A stretch of 34,389 nt of DNA from a virus (lineage: Duplodnaviria; Caudoviricetes), in IMG/VR virus record IMGVR_UViG_3300017653_000213, positions 1-34,389 of that record; one strand, written 5' to 3'. Shown here piece by piece: positions 17,796-25,639 of this stretch. The position numbers and the translations under genes are program-made. The notes below the pieces were generated by a model. It was not told where the DNA came from. It saw only the letters and a program-made list of their open reading frames with translations, and did no database searches. How positions within the stretch are numbered: the stretch's first letter is position 1; each line of letters begins with the position of its first letter.

Positions 17796-18986
17796 TTATA
17801 CAGTTGGTGTTAAGATAGAGAATGCTTTCTCATGAGTAACGTTACCATCTACAATTGTGTAAGCTGAGAATCCAGTTTTACGAGCTTTAAGGTTGCGTTC
17901 TGATTCAACTGCAATTGTTTGATTAGTATTTACAACATAACCTTTCGCATTACCAATGATAAGTGTACCTTCTGGAACAGCACTGTCCACTTTCACAGGG
18001 AATCCTAACACACGACCTACACCACCAGAAACTGTATCAGCAATAAATAATGGACGACCATTTTTATCTAATACATTAGCAAGTACATTCCATACAGTAG
18101 AGTTAGAAGCATAAATAACTGTACCTGCAACGTGTTTAGCACCAATTTTAGCTACTGCACCTGTTAAATCTTCATATGCTAAACCAGTTGCTTGAGCATA
18201 AGTAGATTGTTGAGAAGCTACACCATTTAATGCAGTTAATACACCTGTCATTTCTTTTACTCCGTTACCACTGATTGCTTGACGACCTAACTCAGCACCA
18301 ACACGTTCAACAATTTCAGCCTTTAAGTAATCAAGGAAAGCAGGAACTGACATTGCATCTAATTTGAATGATACCTCAATGTATTTAGATACTTCTTTCG
18401 CACCTAATTGAACTTCAACAAATGTGTTTACTTCGTTTTCTGTTTCTTCTGATTCTAAATAACCTTTTGCATCACCTGAAACAATTGCAGAATGTTTTGG
18501 TAAAGAAACTAAACCTTTAATAGCCATTCCTCTAGCATCTGCATAGAATGGTGCTTGTGCTTCAATCTCTGTGATGATCTCATTTAATGTAGTTGTTGGA
18601 ATTACTACACCAGTATTAGTTGTTGTGTGATTATTCATTTCAGTGAATACAGTGTTTTCTTGTTGAGTTAATTCTTGACCCATAAATGATTTAGCAAATG
18701 CTGCTTCATAGATTTTTTCATTGTTTAATTCTTGTACATTTTCAAATTTAGTCATTTCAGATAAATCCCCTTTGTTTTCAATAGTTTTGTTTTCTAAATC
18801 AATTACTTTTTGTTCTTTTAATGCGTTAAGGTTAGCAAGGTTTAATTTCACTTCTTCAAACTTTGCATCTAAATCTTCAATCTCTTTCATTTTTGCTTGT
18901 GCTTCTTCTAATGAACCTGCATTAATAAGTTCTTCTGATTCTGTAACTAATCCGTTACGTAGTTCTTGATATTGTTCTAGTTTCAT
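17796..18986 (-). CDS. Major capsid protein, HK97 fold
   Basis: N-terminal coiled-coil delta domain, GVVIPTT, DKNGRPLF, GRVLGFPV. Confidence 0.95.
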   Translation of the reverse strand: MKLEQYQELRNGLVTESEELINAGSLEEAQAKMKEIEDLDAKFEEVKLNLANLNALKEQKVIDLENKTIENKGDLSEMTKFENVQELNNEKIYEAAFAKSFMGQELTQQENTVFTEMNNHTTTNTGVVIPTTTLNEIITEIEAQAPFYADARGMAIKGLVSLPKHSAIVSGDAKGYLESEETENEVNTFVEVQLGAKEVSKYIEVSFKLDAMSVPAFLDYLKAEIVERVGAELGRQAISGNGVKEMTGVLTALNGVASQQSTYAQATGLAYEDLTGAVAKIGAKHVAGTVIYASNSTVWNVLANVLDKNGRPLFIADTVSGGVGRVLGFPVKVDSAVPEGTLIIGNAKGYVVNTNQTIAVESERNLKARKTGFSAYTIVDGNVTHEKAFSILTPTV

Positions 18987-18988
18987 AA

Positions 18989-19690
18989 TTATTTAATCCC
19001 CTTTAGTTTTAATAGTTTTAGTTGTGCCTGAAGTTTTTCAGACAATAAAAAATCCACTCCATTTGTTTGAAGTGAATCAGTTTTTGTTTTATTAAATTGA
19101 TCAATTACTGATTGTGGTAACATTGCCACTTGATATGTACTTGCTACTAATTGCAAATCACTATTACTTTGATTAGCAAACATCATTTCATCTGCAAAAC
19201 CTAACTCAATAGCCTTTTGTGGACTTAACCAAGTTTCTTTGTTCATCATGCCTAATATTTCATCATGCGATAAACCTGTTTTCAGATGATAAGCATTAGC
19301 AATAGTTTCATTAGCATTCTTTAATACTTCTGCTGTATGTTCATGACTTCGATAATCACCGCCTGAAGCAACACTTACGTTATGTATCATCATTTGACTT
19401 GTCGGACTCATTAATACTTTATCAGCACCCATAGCAATAATTGAGGCAGAAGAAGCAGCTAATCCATAAATTTTAACTGTAACTTGTCCGTTATGTTCTT
19501 TTAAAGCTGTATAAATTTCACTTCCTGCAAAGACATTTCCACCACCACTATTTACAATCACTTCAACATCTTCACCATTAACTAATTGTGAAGTTACATC
19601 ATTTGGTGAAGTTGCTTCAACACCGTAAAAGTCATATGCAGGTTTATGATCATTGCTAATAATTACACCTTTCACATCAATTCGTTTCAT
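18989..19690 (-). CDS. ClpP-type head maturation protease
   Basis: VNSGGGNVFAG, GLAASSASII, MMIHN, ETWLSPQKAIELGFADE. Confidence 0.95.
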   Translation of the reverse strand: MKRIDVKGVIISNDHKPAYDFYGVEATSPNDVTSQLVNGEDVEVIVNSGGGNVFAGSEIYTALKEHNGQVTVKIYGLAASSASIIAMGADKVLMSPTSQMMIHNVSVASGGDYRSHEHTAEVLKNANETIANAYHLKTGLSHDEILGMMNKETWLSPQKAIELGFADEMMFANQSNSDLQLVASTYQVAMLPQSVIDQFNKTKTDSLQTNGVDFLLSEKLQAQLKLLKLKGIK

Positions 19691-19720
19691 TTAATCACCA
19701 CCTTTCACAAGTAGTGAAAA

Positions 19721-20899
19721 CTACTGTTCATTAGTTCGTTCAGATTGTTTTGCAGTATCTAAACGTAGTAAATATTCATCTCCATGTTCTACTGGATGCA
19801 TATTTAAGATTTCACGAACTTCATTTGGTGACATGATACCTCTATCAACCATCTGTACAAGTTGTAATTTCGTACTCATACTTGCAAACGCTAAATTTGA
19901 ACCTTCAAAAACAATCTTGTTACCGAATGAGCGTTCTTTTCTCGTAAATAATTTACGTGTAAACTCATTTGATAATTGAACTATAATTGGTTCAATTGCA
20001 CTTTCATAAAAGGCAATCCATTCATTTTCACTGTAAGATGATTGGATAATCTTTTCATTGATATTGAAGTATGAATAAATTCTTTGAGTAGTCTTTTCCA
20101 TTTGTTCAGCATTTGGAACAAATGACTTAGGTTCAACTCTTTGAGCATCAAATTTATTATCAGTTGCAGCTGCCCCAACACTTTCAGAATCCATATTTAA
20201 AAATGAGTTCACAAATTCCTGTGTATTTTTCTTTAAGTCGTCAGGATTTAAGTTAGCATTATATTTCAATAACCATTGAACAACATTTGAATTTTTAATT
20301 GCTTTAATGATTCCTTGATCAATTGTTCCTACTACGTCCATTAAATCTTTCAACGCTTCAAAATTACTATCTCCAAAGATTTCATTGCTATTAAAATCTT
20401 GTCTTAAATGAATAATGTCAGAATAAGCAAATATTACTCGTTTACCATTTTTAAGTGTAAATCGTAAAAATAATTCACCGTTACCATTCCTCAATGCATC
20501 AACTGAATTTGCTGTAATAGGTATTAATTGTGTTGGATAACCAAAGTCATCTCGTACTATTAGAATAAATGAGTTATTATTCAATTCTAATTGTGTAACT
20601 GCCTTTTCTAATAGTTGTTGCATAGACATTAATGAATTTGGCTCTTCTAGTAAAAACTTCATGTATGGTTCAGGATTTACTTTTAAACCAGTCTTATCAT
20701 TTCTAATATGCTTTGCTACTGATTTTGAAATTGCCTTTGCTTTAACTCGAATTACAGACCTAATAACATCAGACTCATATAAATTTCCATTCCAAACAAA
20801 AAAGTTGTTAGTTGTATCATCAGTTAATAATTTATAACTGGACACACTAACAACTTTCTCACTCATATTCTTTTGAAATAAATTCCTTAGTTTCAACAT
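19721..20899 (-). CDS. Portal protein, HK97 family
   Basis: LLEEPNSLMS, SDIIHLR, GIMSPNEVREILNMHP. Confidence 0.95.
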   Translation of the reverse strand: MLKLRNLFQKNMSEKVVSVSSYKLLTDDTTNNFFVWNGNLYESDVIRSVIRVKAKAISKSVAKHIRNDKTGLKVNPEPYMKFLLEEPNSLMSMQQLLEKAVTQLELNNNSFILIVRDDFGYPTQLIPITANSVDALRNGNGELFLRFTLKNGKRVIFAYSDIIHLRQDFNSNEIFGDSNFEALKDLMDVVGTIDQGIIKAIKNSNVVQWLLKYNANLNPDDLKKNTQEFVNSFLNMDSESVGAAATDNKFDAQRVEPKSFVPNAEQMEKTTQRIYSYFNINEKIIQSSYSENEWIAFYESAIEPIIVQLSNEFTRKLFTRKERSFGNKIVFEGSNLAFASMSTKLQLVQMVDRGIMSPNEVREILNMHPVEHGDEYLLRLDTAKQSERTNEQ

Positions 20900-20908
20900 C
20901 TCACCGCC

Positions 20909-22600
20909 TTATTTAATCATGTTTAGATAATCGTTTTTATTATCTAATAAAACAACATAAGCATCTAACATAGCTGCTAAACCATCGATACGTTTACGTT
21001 GTTTGAATTTATTTGGTTGAATATTTCCATTCTTATCAATATCAATACTAGTGTTCATTAAACACCACTTTGTTATTGGATTGTTATTGTAGTTGATTTT
21101 CTTAGCACTTAATTTAGTTCCTAAATCCTGCATCGGCAACGATAATGTTCTCTTACCTTGAATAACAGGAATCATTACATTTCTACCAAAGTAATTCTCC
21201 ATATCTTCAACCCAATATTTAGCTGACCACGAATCAAAACCTAATAGGAATAAATAGATGCCATGTTTTTGTTGTATTTCTATAAACCATTCAGTTACAT
21301 ACTTTGGATGTATTGTATTTCCTTCTGTTAATCTCAATAATCCTCTTTCATGCCAAACATCATAAGGTACATTATCCTCATTAACTTTTTGTTCAAGTAA
21401 ATCTTCAGGAATCCAGTACATATGTTCATAATAAATTGTATCGTCATTAGGAATCATAAAGGCAATACATGCAGAAGTTAAGTCACCTGAACCACTAGAT
21501 AAGTCAGTTCCACCAATTGCATACTTAGGTTTCAATTCTGTTAAATCAAATGTAGCTTCATTGTTTGCTTGTTCAAATGTAAGCCAAGATTCACCAGATG
21601 TTTCTCTAATATTAAAATCCTTAGTCAATAAGTTTTTAACAAGTGTAGGATTTGATTTAGCTTTTTCAACTTTACGAGCTAATTCTTCTTGATTTTTAAT
21701 AGTTCCTAATGCTGGATTAGGTTTACACCAATTTTCAGGAATTAGCCACTCTTCACGTGAATCTAATTCATAAATAATAGGTAATACTCGATCATCTATG
21801 TACAACTTATCATCATAACCATTAATTATTTTTTCGCATTCTTCATATTTGATGTCAAAGATACCTTCACGAACTGTCCCTGCTGTAGTTGTGATAATTG
21901 ATAAAGGTTGTTCCCTTGCTGTCATACCATCAATAATAACGTCATATAAGTTTTTATCAGTAATTGCGTGGAGCTCATCAATAACGGAACAGTGAACATT
22001 GAGCCCATCCAAAGTATTTGAATCTGAAGATAATGGTTTAAATGATGAATCAGTAGAATCTGCTCTTAATTCGCCTACTAATGATTTTATACGCTTCTTT
22101 AAGGCAGGTGATTTACTAACCATTCGTTTAGCTTCATTCCAAACTATTTTAGCTTGGTCTTTTTTAGTTGCAGCACTAACTACTTCTGCACCTGCTTCAT
22201 TATCAGCAATTAAACAATATAAACTCATAGCACTCGCTAATGCTGATTTACCATTCTTACGAGCGACAATTAAAATTAATTCCCTAACTAATCGTAATCC
22301 ATCAATCTTATGTATGAATCCAAAAGTTGCAGACACTAATGCTTTTTGCCACAATTCAAGAATAAAAGGTTTACCACCAAATTTACCTTTTGAGTGTTTA
22401 CAGTAGTTCTCAATAAATTCAATTGCGTGATTTGCATGCTTGGGTGAGTATTCAAACTCATATGTATGATCATAAATTCTTCTAACTAATTCTTCATAAA
22501 CTCGTTTTACTTTCTTACTTACAATAACTTCACCATTTTGTATATTCTGATGATATTCAATGATTGGGTTATAATCTAATGGATATTTAATCACGTCCAT
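20909..22600 (-). CDS. terL: Terminase large subunit (Terminase_1)
   Basis: LELWQK, VARKNGKS Walker A, IDELHA Walker B, ITTAG, RIDGLAAMLDA. Confidence 0.97.
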   Translation of the reverse strand: MDVIKYPLDYNPIIEYHQNIQNGEVIVSKKVKRVYEELVRRIYDHTYEFEYSPKHANHAIEFIENYCKHSKGKFGGKPFILELWQKALVSATFGFIHKIDGLRLVRELILIVARKNGKSALASAMSLYCLIADNEAGAEVVSAATKKDQAKIVWNEAKRMVSKSPALKKRIKSLVGELRADSTDSSFKPLSSDSNTLDGLNVHCSVIDELHAITDKNLYDVIIDGMTAREQPLSIITTTAGTVREGIFDIKYEECEKIINGYDDKLYIDDRVLPIIYELDSREEWLIPENWCKPNPALGTIKNQEELARKVEKAKSNPTLVKNLLTKDFNIRETSGESWLTFEQANNEATFDLTELKPKYAIGGTDLSSGSGDLTSACIAFMIPNDDTIYYEHMYWIPEDLLEQKVNEDNVPYDVWHERGLLRLTEGNTIHPKYVTEWFIEIQQKHGIYLFLLGFDSWSAKYWVEDMENYFGRNVMIPVIQGKRTLSLPMQDLGTKLSAKKINYNNNPITKWCLMNTSIDIDKNGNIQPNKFKQRKRIDGLAAMLDAYVVLLDNKNDYLNMIK

Positions 22601-22982
22601 TCACGAACGAATCAAAACCATCATCCTTATCTCCATTACCACTACCATTTTCCTTAGGTAATAAATCAGAAAGTTGTTTGCATATTGCTTGATAGTTCTT
22701 ATTCATTTGTTGATACTGTCTAGCTACTGGACGTTCCCTCTCATATGGTTCAGTCTTTTCAGATTGAGTGAAAAGTTCATTGAAACCATTCAAATCTAAA
22801 TCTATTTCCATATCTTCTAATGTAATTCGCATATAAGCAGCACGTCTTATTAAGCCATCCACAACTGACAATTTATCTTTTGATACATCTTTATAAATCC
22901 TTCTTAACCTGCGTTCTTCCTTGTTAATCCTATTTTCTTTAGATACTTCCTTTTTAGTTACCATAAACATCACCTCTTTCAA
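22587..22982 (-). CDS. terS: Terminase small subunit
   Basis: Between HNH/cos and terL; LIRRAAYMRITLEDM...ERPVARQY; probable start 22964. Confidence 0.85.
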   Translation of the reverse strand: MKEVMFMVTKKEVSKENRINKEERRLRRIYKDVSKDKLSVVDGLIRRAAYMRITLEDMEIDLDLNGFNELFTQSEKTEPYERERPVARQYQQMNKNYQAICKQLSDLLPKENGSGNGDKDDGFDSFVNGRD

Positions 22983-22994
22983 TAACTATTTATA

Positions 22995-23090
22995 GGTAGG
23001 GGACTATATAAACGACTTGTGTATTTTTCGAAGGTTGCCCCATCGGTCTTTAGAACTGTCAATTTTAAAATTTTTATCGGGGGACTACCA
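22995..23090. other. Probable cos packaging site
   Basis: GC-rich GACCGATGGGGCAACCTT (minus, 23031-23048) flanked by two TAGTCCCC repeats in the HNH-terS gap, the usual cos location. Confidence 0.6.
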
Positions 23091-23134
23091 CACAAAATAA
23101 AAAAAGCCACTCAATTATTTTTGAGTGACAATAA

Positions 23135-23461
23135 TTATTCTTTCCCCAAATAAATTAAATTTCCATTCTCATCAAACGTACAATCCTTTGGAACACCATC
23201 ATTCTTCTTAAATGTTTTCTTGTTATGACATGGTAAACATAAGTATTGCAGGTTGTCATGATTTAAAGTAATATTCGGATCGTTTATATTATTAATATTA
23301 ATCTCTTCAATATGGTCAACGATGTGTCCTGTTTCAATTATCCCCTTCTTAAAACAATGTTCACATAAACCATGCACACTAACTATGTAAGCTTTCCTAC
23401 ACCTTAACCATTGTTTACTATTGTAGAATTTCTTAGCTAAATCAGTATGTTGTAAAGCCAT
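23135..23461 (-). CDS. Terminase-associated HNH endonuclease (HK97 gp74-like)
   Basis: FYNSKQW, CEHC, VDHI, NLQYLCLPCHNKKT. Confidence 0.93.
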   Translation of the reverse strand: MALQHTDLAKKFYNSKQWLRCRKAYIVSVHGLCEHCFKKGIIETGHIVDHIEEININNINDPNITLNHDNLQYLCLPCHNKKTFKKNDGVPKDCTFDENGNLIYLGKE

Positions 23462-23507
23462 TACATCACCAACTTATCACCATAATAAAAAGCACCCAAA
23501 AGGATGC

Positions 23508-24017
23508 TCACTGATAACTATTAAATGTTTCTATAATCTTATCTTTCTCAGGATGAAATTGATGTCCCATCATTACAATGTTTCCATTAGCTACTGCTTC
23601 AATCTCAAATCCATCCATATTGTATTTCCCACTACTTTGAATTTCTTTTAACGCTTCTGAATTAGGATCATATGAATAAAATTCTACATTTGCACCATTT
23701 ACTTCAATTCCAAATCCTTCAGTTGCTTTCACCATCTCAAAGGCTTTTACTGATTTCTCACCAATCGAATAACCATTGCTTTCAAAGTAGTTAACAACAC
23801 TTTCAAGTTGATTATCATTTGCTTGAGTTTGTTCTTGTTCAACCTCTTCTTCTTTTGGTTCTTCACTCTTAGTAATCACTGTATTATCATTTTGATTCTT
23901 AATCACATTTGTTTCCTCTTTACTAGTTGACTCATTACCACCAGAACATGCTGCTAATACTAACACTGTTAATGTAGCAAACATAAATAATATCTTTTTC
24001 AATGTAGTTCCCTCCAA
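23508..24017 (-). CDS. Lipoprotein moron (probable start TTG 24002)
   Basis: KK + hydrophobic stretch + lipobox LAAC, acidic linker, globular C-domain. Confidence 0.85.
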   Translation of the reverse strand: MEGTTLKKILFMFATLTVLVLAACSGGNESTSKEETNVIKNQNDNTVITKSEEPKEEEVEQEQTQANDNQLESVVNYFESNGYSIGEKSVKAFEMVKATEGFGIEVNGANVEFYSYDPNSEALKEIQSSGKYNMDGFEIEAVANGNIVMMGHQFHPEKDKIIETFNSYQ

Positions 24018-24094
24018 TTCAATTGTACTTTTAATCTACGATTGGAAATGGTAATAGTTTCAAATTCTTTAAAATAATAAGAAAAAGCGACTAA

Positions 24095-24304
24095 TTAAAG
24101 TCGCTCTGCCTCTACTTCATTGGCAAATTTGAAAATCTCAATTCTTTGTAATACAAAATCTAATTTATCTAGCACTTGTATCCTATGTTCTTCTGTGATT
24201 TCAGAATTAGTTTTATAACGTTCGATTTGTTCTTCAACATCGGCTTTAAATTGTTCTAACTTATTCATCCCCAAACACCTCCCTTTATATACCAATAATA
24301 GCAC
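24095..24304 (-). CDS. Hypothetical protein (probable start ATG 24268)
   Basis: RBS GGGAGGTG before MNKLEQF. Confidence 0.65.
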   Translation of the reverse strand: MLLLVYKGRCLGMNKLEQFKADVEEQIERYKTNSEITEEHRIQVLDKLDFVLQRIEIFKFANEVEAERL

Positions 24305-24342
24305 ATAAAAGGAAATGAATGGAATATTATTCTACTAATTTA

Positions 24343-24432
24343 CTATCTTCTATATTTTGCTGCTGATTCACAAATATCTAATATTAAATAGCTGATTAAT
24401 AAACCTGCCATCACACCTAACAAAAAACTCAT
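24343..24432 (-). CDS. 29-aa membrane peptide MSFLLGVMAGLLISYLILDICESAAKYRR
   Basis: RBS GGAGGG; single TM helix with basic C-terminus. Confidence 0.55.
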   Translation of the reverse strand: MSFLLGVMAGLLISYLILDICESAAKYRR

Positions 24433-24526
24433 TTCTAACCCTCCAGTAATTGTTTTTTTAAATATAAAAGAGGATAGTTCATAATGAACCACCCTCAATC
24501 GTTATGTATTAAAACTTATTTATGTA

Positions 24527-25069
24527 TTATTGTGCTTTTTTCCAGTCTAAATATTTAACCTGTATAGTTTGAGGACTGCAATCATATCTATCAGCTAATT
24601 TAGCATAAGTATCCATTATTTCACCATGGACGACTTCATCTAGATATTTAAAATTATGTTGTAGTTCTATTAACTCTTCTTCACTAAAACGTTTATATGG
24701 TTTAATATTTTCTCGTTTTTTAATATTCTCACTTTGCGTGATTAAAGCAAGGTTTAAGATTGAATTATCCGATTTCTTATTATTTCTGTGGTCTATAACT
24801 AGATTAAATCTTTTCCACCAGTTAACCGAAACTTCTAAAGCAGCAGCCATTACAATTTGATGCATCGATAAAGTGATCGACTTATTATCATCACTTCTTA
24901 ATGTATGATAGACGTAACCCTGTGCATTTGCTGTATTTCGCTTAAATTCACCAGTTTCCTTATCTAACACTCTACCCTGTTCAATATCCACTAAATAACG
25001 ACTAAAACCTTTCAACTCTCTTAATTCCTTTAAATCTACACCATCTAATAATTGTTCAATAATATTCAT
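24527..25069 (-). CDS. Free-standing HNH homing-endonuclease-like protein (I-HmuI/HNH_3 type)
   Basis: RYLVDIEQGRV, MHQIVMAA, VIDHRNNKKSDNSILNLALITQSEN, C-terminal HTH-like segment. Confidence 0.8.
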   Translation of the reverse strand: MNIIEQLLDGVDLKELRELKGFSRYLVDIEQGRVLDKETGEFKRNTANAQGYVYHTLRSDDNKSITLSMHQIVMAAALEVSVNWWKRFNLVIDHRNNKKSDNSILNLALITQSENIKKRENIKPYKRFSEEELIELQHNFKYLDEVVHGEIMDTYAKLADRYDCSPQTIQVKYLDWKKAQ

Positions 25070-25105
25070 TTTCTAACTCCTCCATTGTTTGTTGTAATTT
25101 TTTAT

Positions 25106-25143
25106 ATAAAAAGTCAACTACCGATTATTATGGGTAGTTGACT
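25106..25143 (-). terminator. Intrinsic terminator
   Basis: AGTCAACTACC/GGTAGTTGACT stem plus T-run. Confidence 0.8.
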
Positions 25144-25153
25144 GATTTAACGA

Positions 25154-25333
25154 TTAATTACTAAATACGTACGATAATATTAATTGTTCATCATCTTCAT
25201 TAAAGTCTTCTTTATCAGCTAAACAGACAGATACCCATGCATCACTTTTTTTGATCAACTTAGCCAGTTCTGTCTGCTTTATTTTCTTTCTCATCATTTC
25301 ACTCCTCAATTGGAGTTTTTCCTCGAAACTCAT
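25154..25333 (-). CDS. 59-aa Cro-like HTH protein (not in ORF track)
   Basis: MSFEEKLQLRSEMMRKKIKQTELAKLIKKSDAWVSVCL...; RBS AAGGTGA. Confidence 0.75.
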   Translation of the reverse strand: MSFEEKLQLRSEMMRKKIKQTELAKLIKKSDAWVSVCLADKEDFNEDDEQLILSYVFSN

Positions 25334-25459
25334 CTTAATTTCACCTTCTTTTTATAATTATTTTTTGTTGCAATCTATAATTTTTAATGATATGATTTAA
25401 GTGGGATAATACATTTAAAAATTTAATTAAAAAAATAAACATCTATTCCTCATGATATT

Positions 25460-25546
25460 AAAAAAATCCCACTACCATCATCGGTGACAGTAGAAGGACT
25501 AAAATAATATCAACAACTGGAGGAAGGGAAGCATTCTCTACTTCCC
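25460..25546 (-). ncRNA. Candidate ~87-nt small RNA/late leader with exposed anti-SD
   Basis: 5' hairpin GGGAAGUA/UGCUUCCC, single-stranded UUCCUCC, terminator CUACUGUCA/UGAUGGUAG plus U7. Confidence 0.55.
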
Positions 25547-25639
25547 TATAGTAGATGAATTTTTTGTTGACATTTCTCTTATGTATTGATATCATTAAAC
25601 TTTTAATGTATGTATTAATTTCCACCAAAGGTGACTTTT

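Noticed and set aside
25540-25560. Resemblance of CTACTATAGGGAAG to the T7 promoter core
   Set aside because: The upstream T7 specificity region is absent and the polymerase here is unrelated to T7 RNAP; kept only as a candidate start site.
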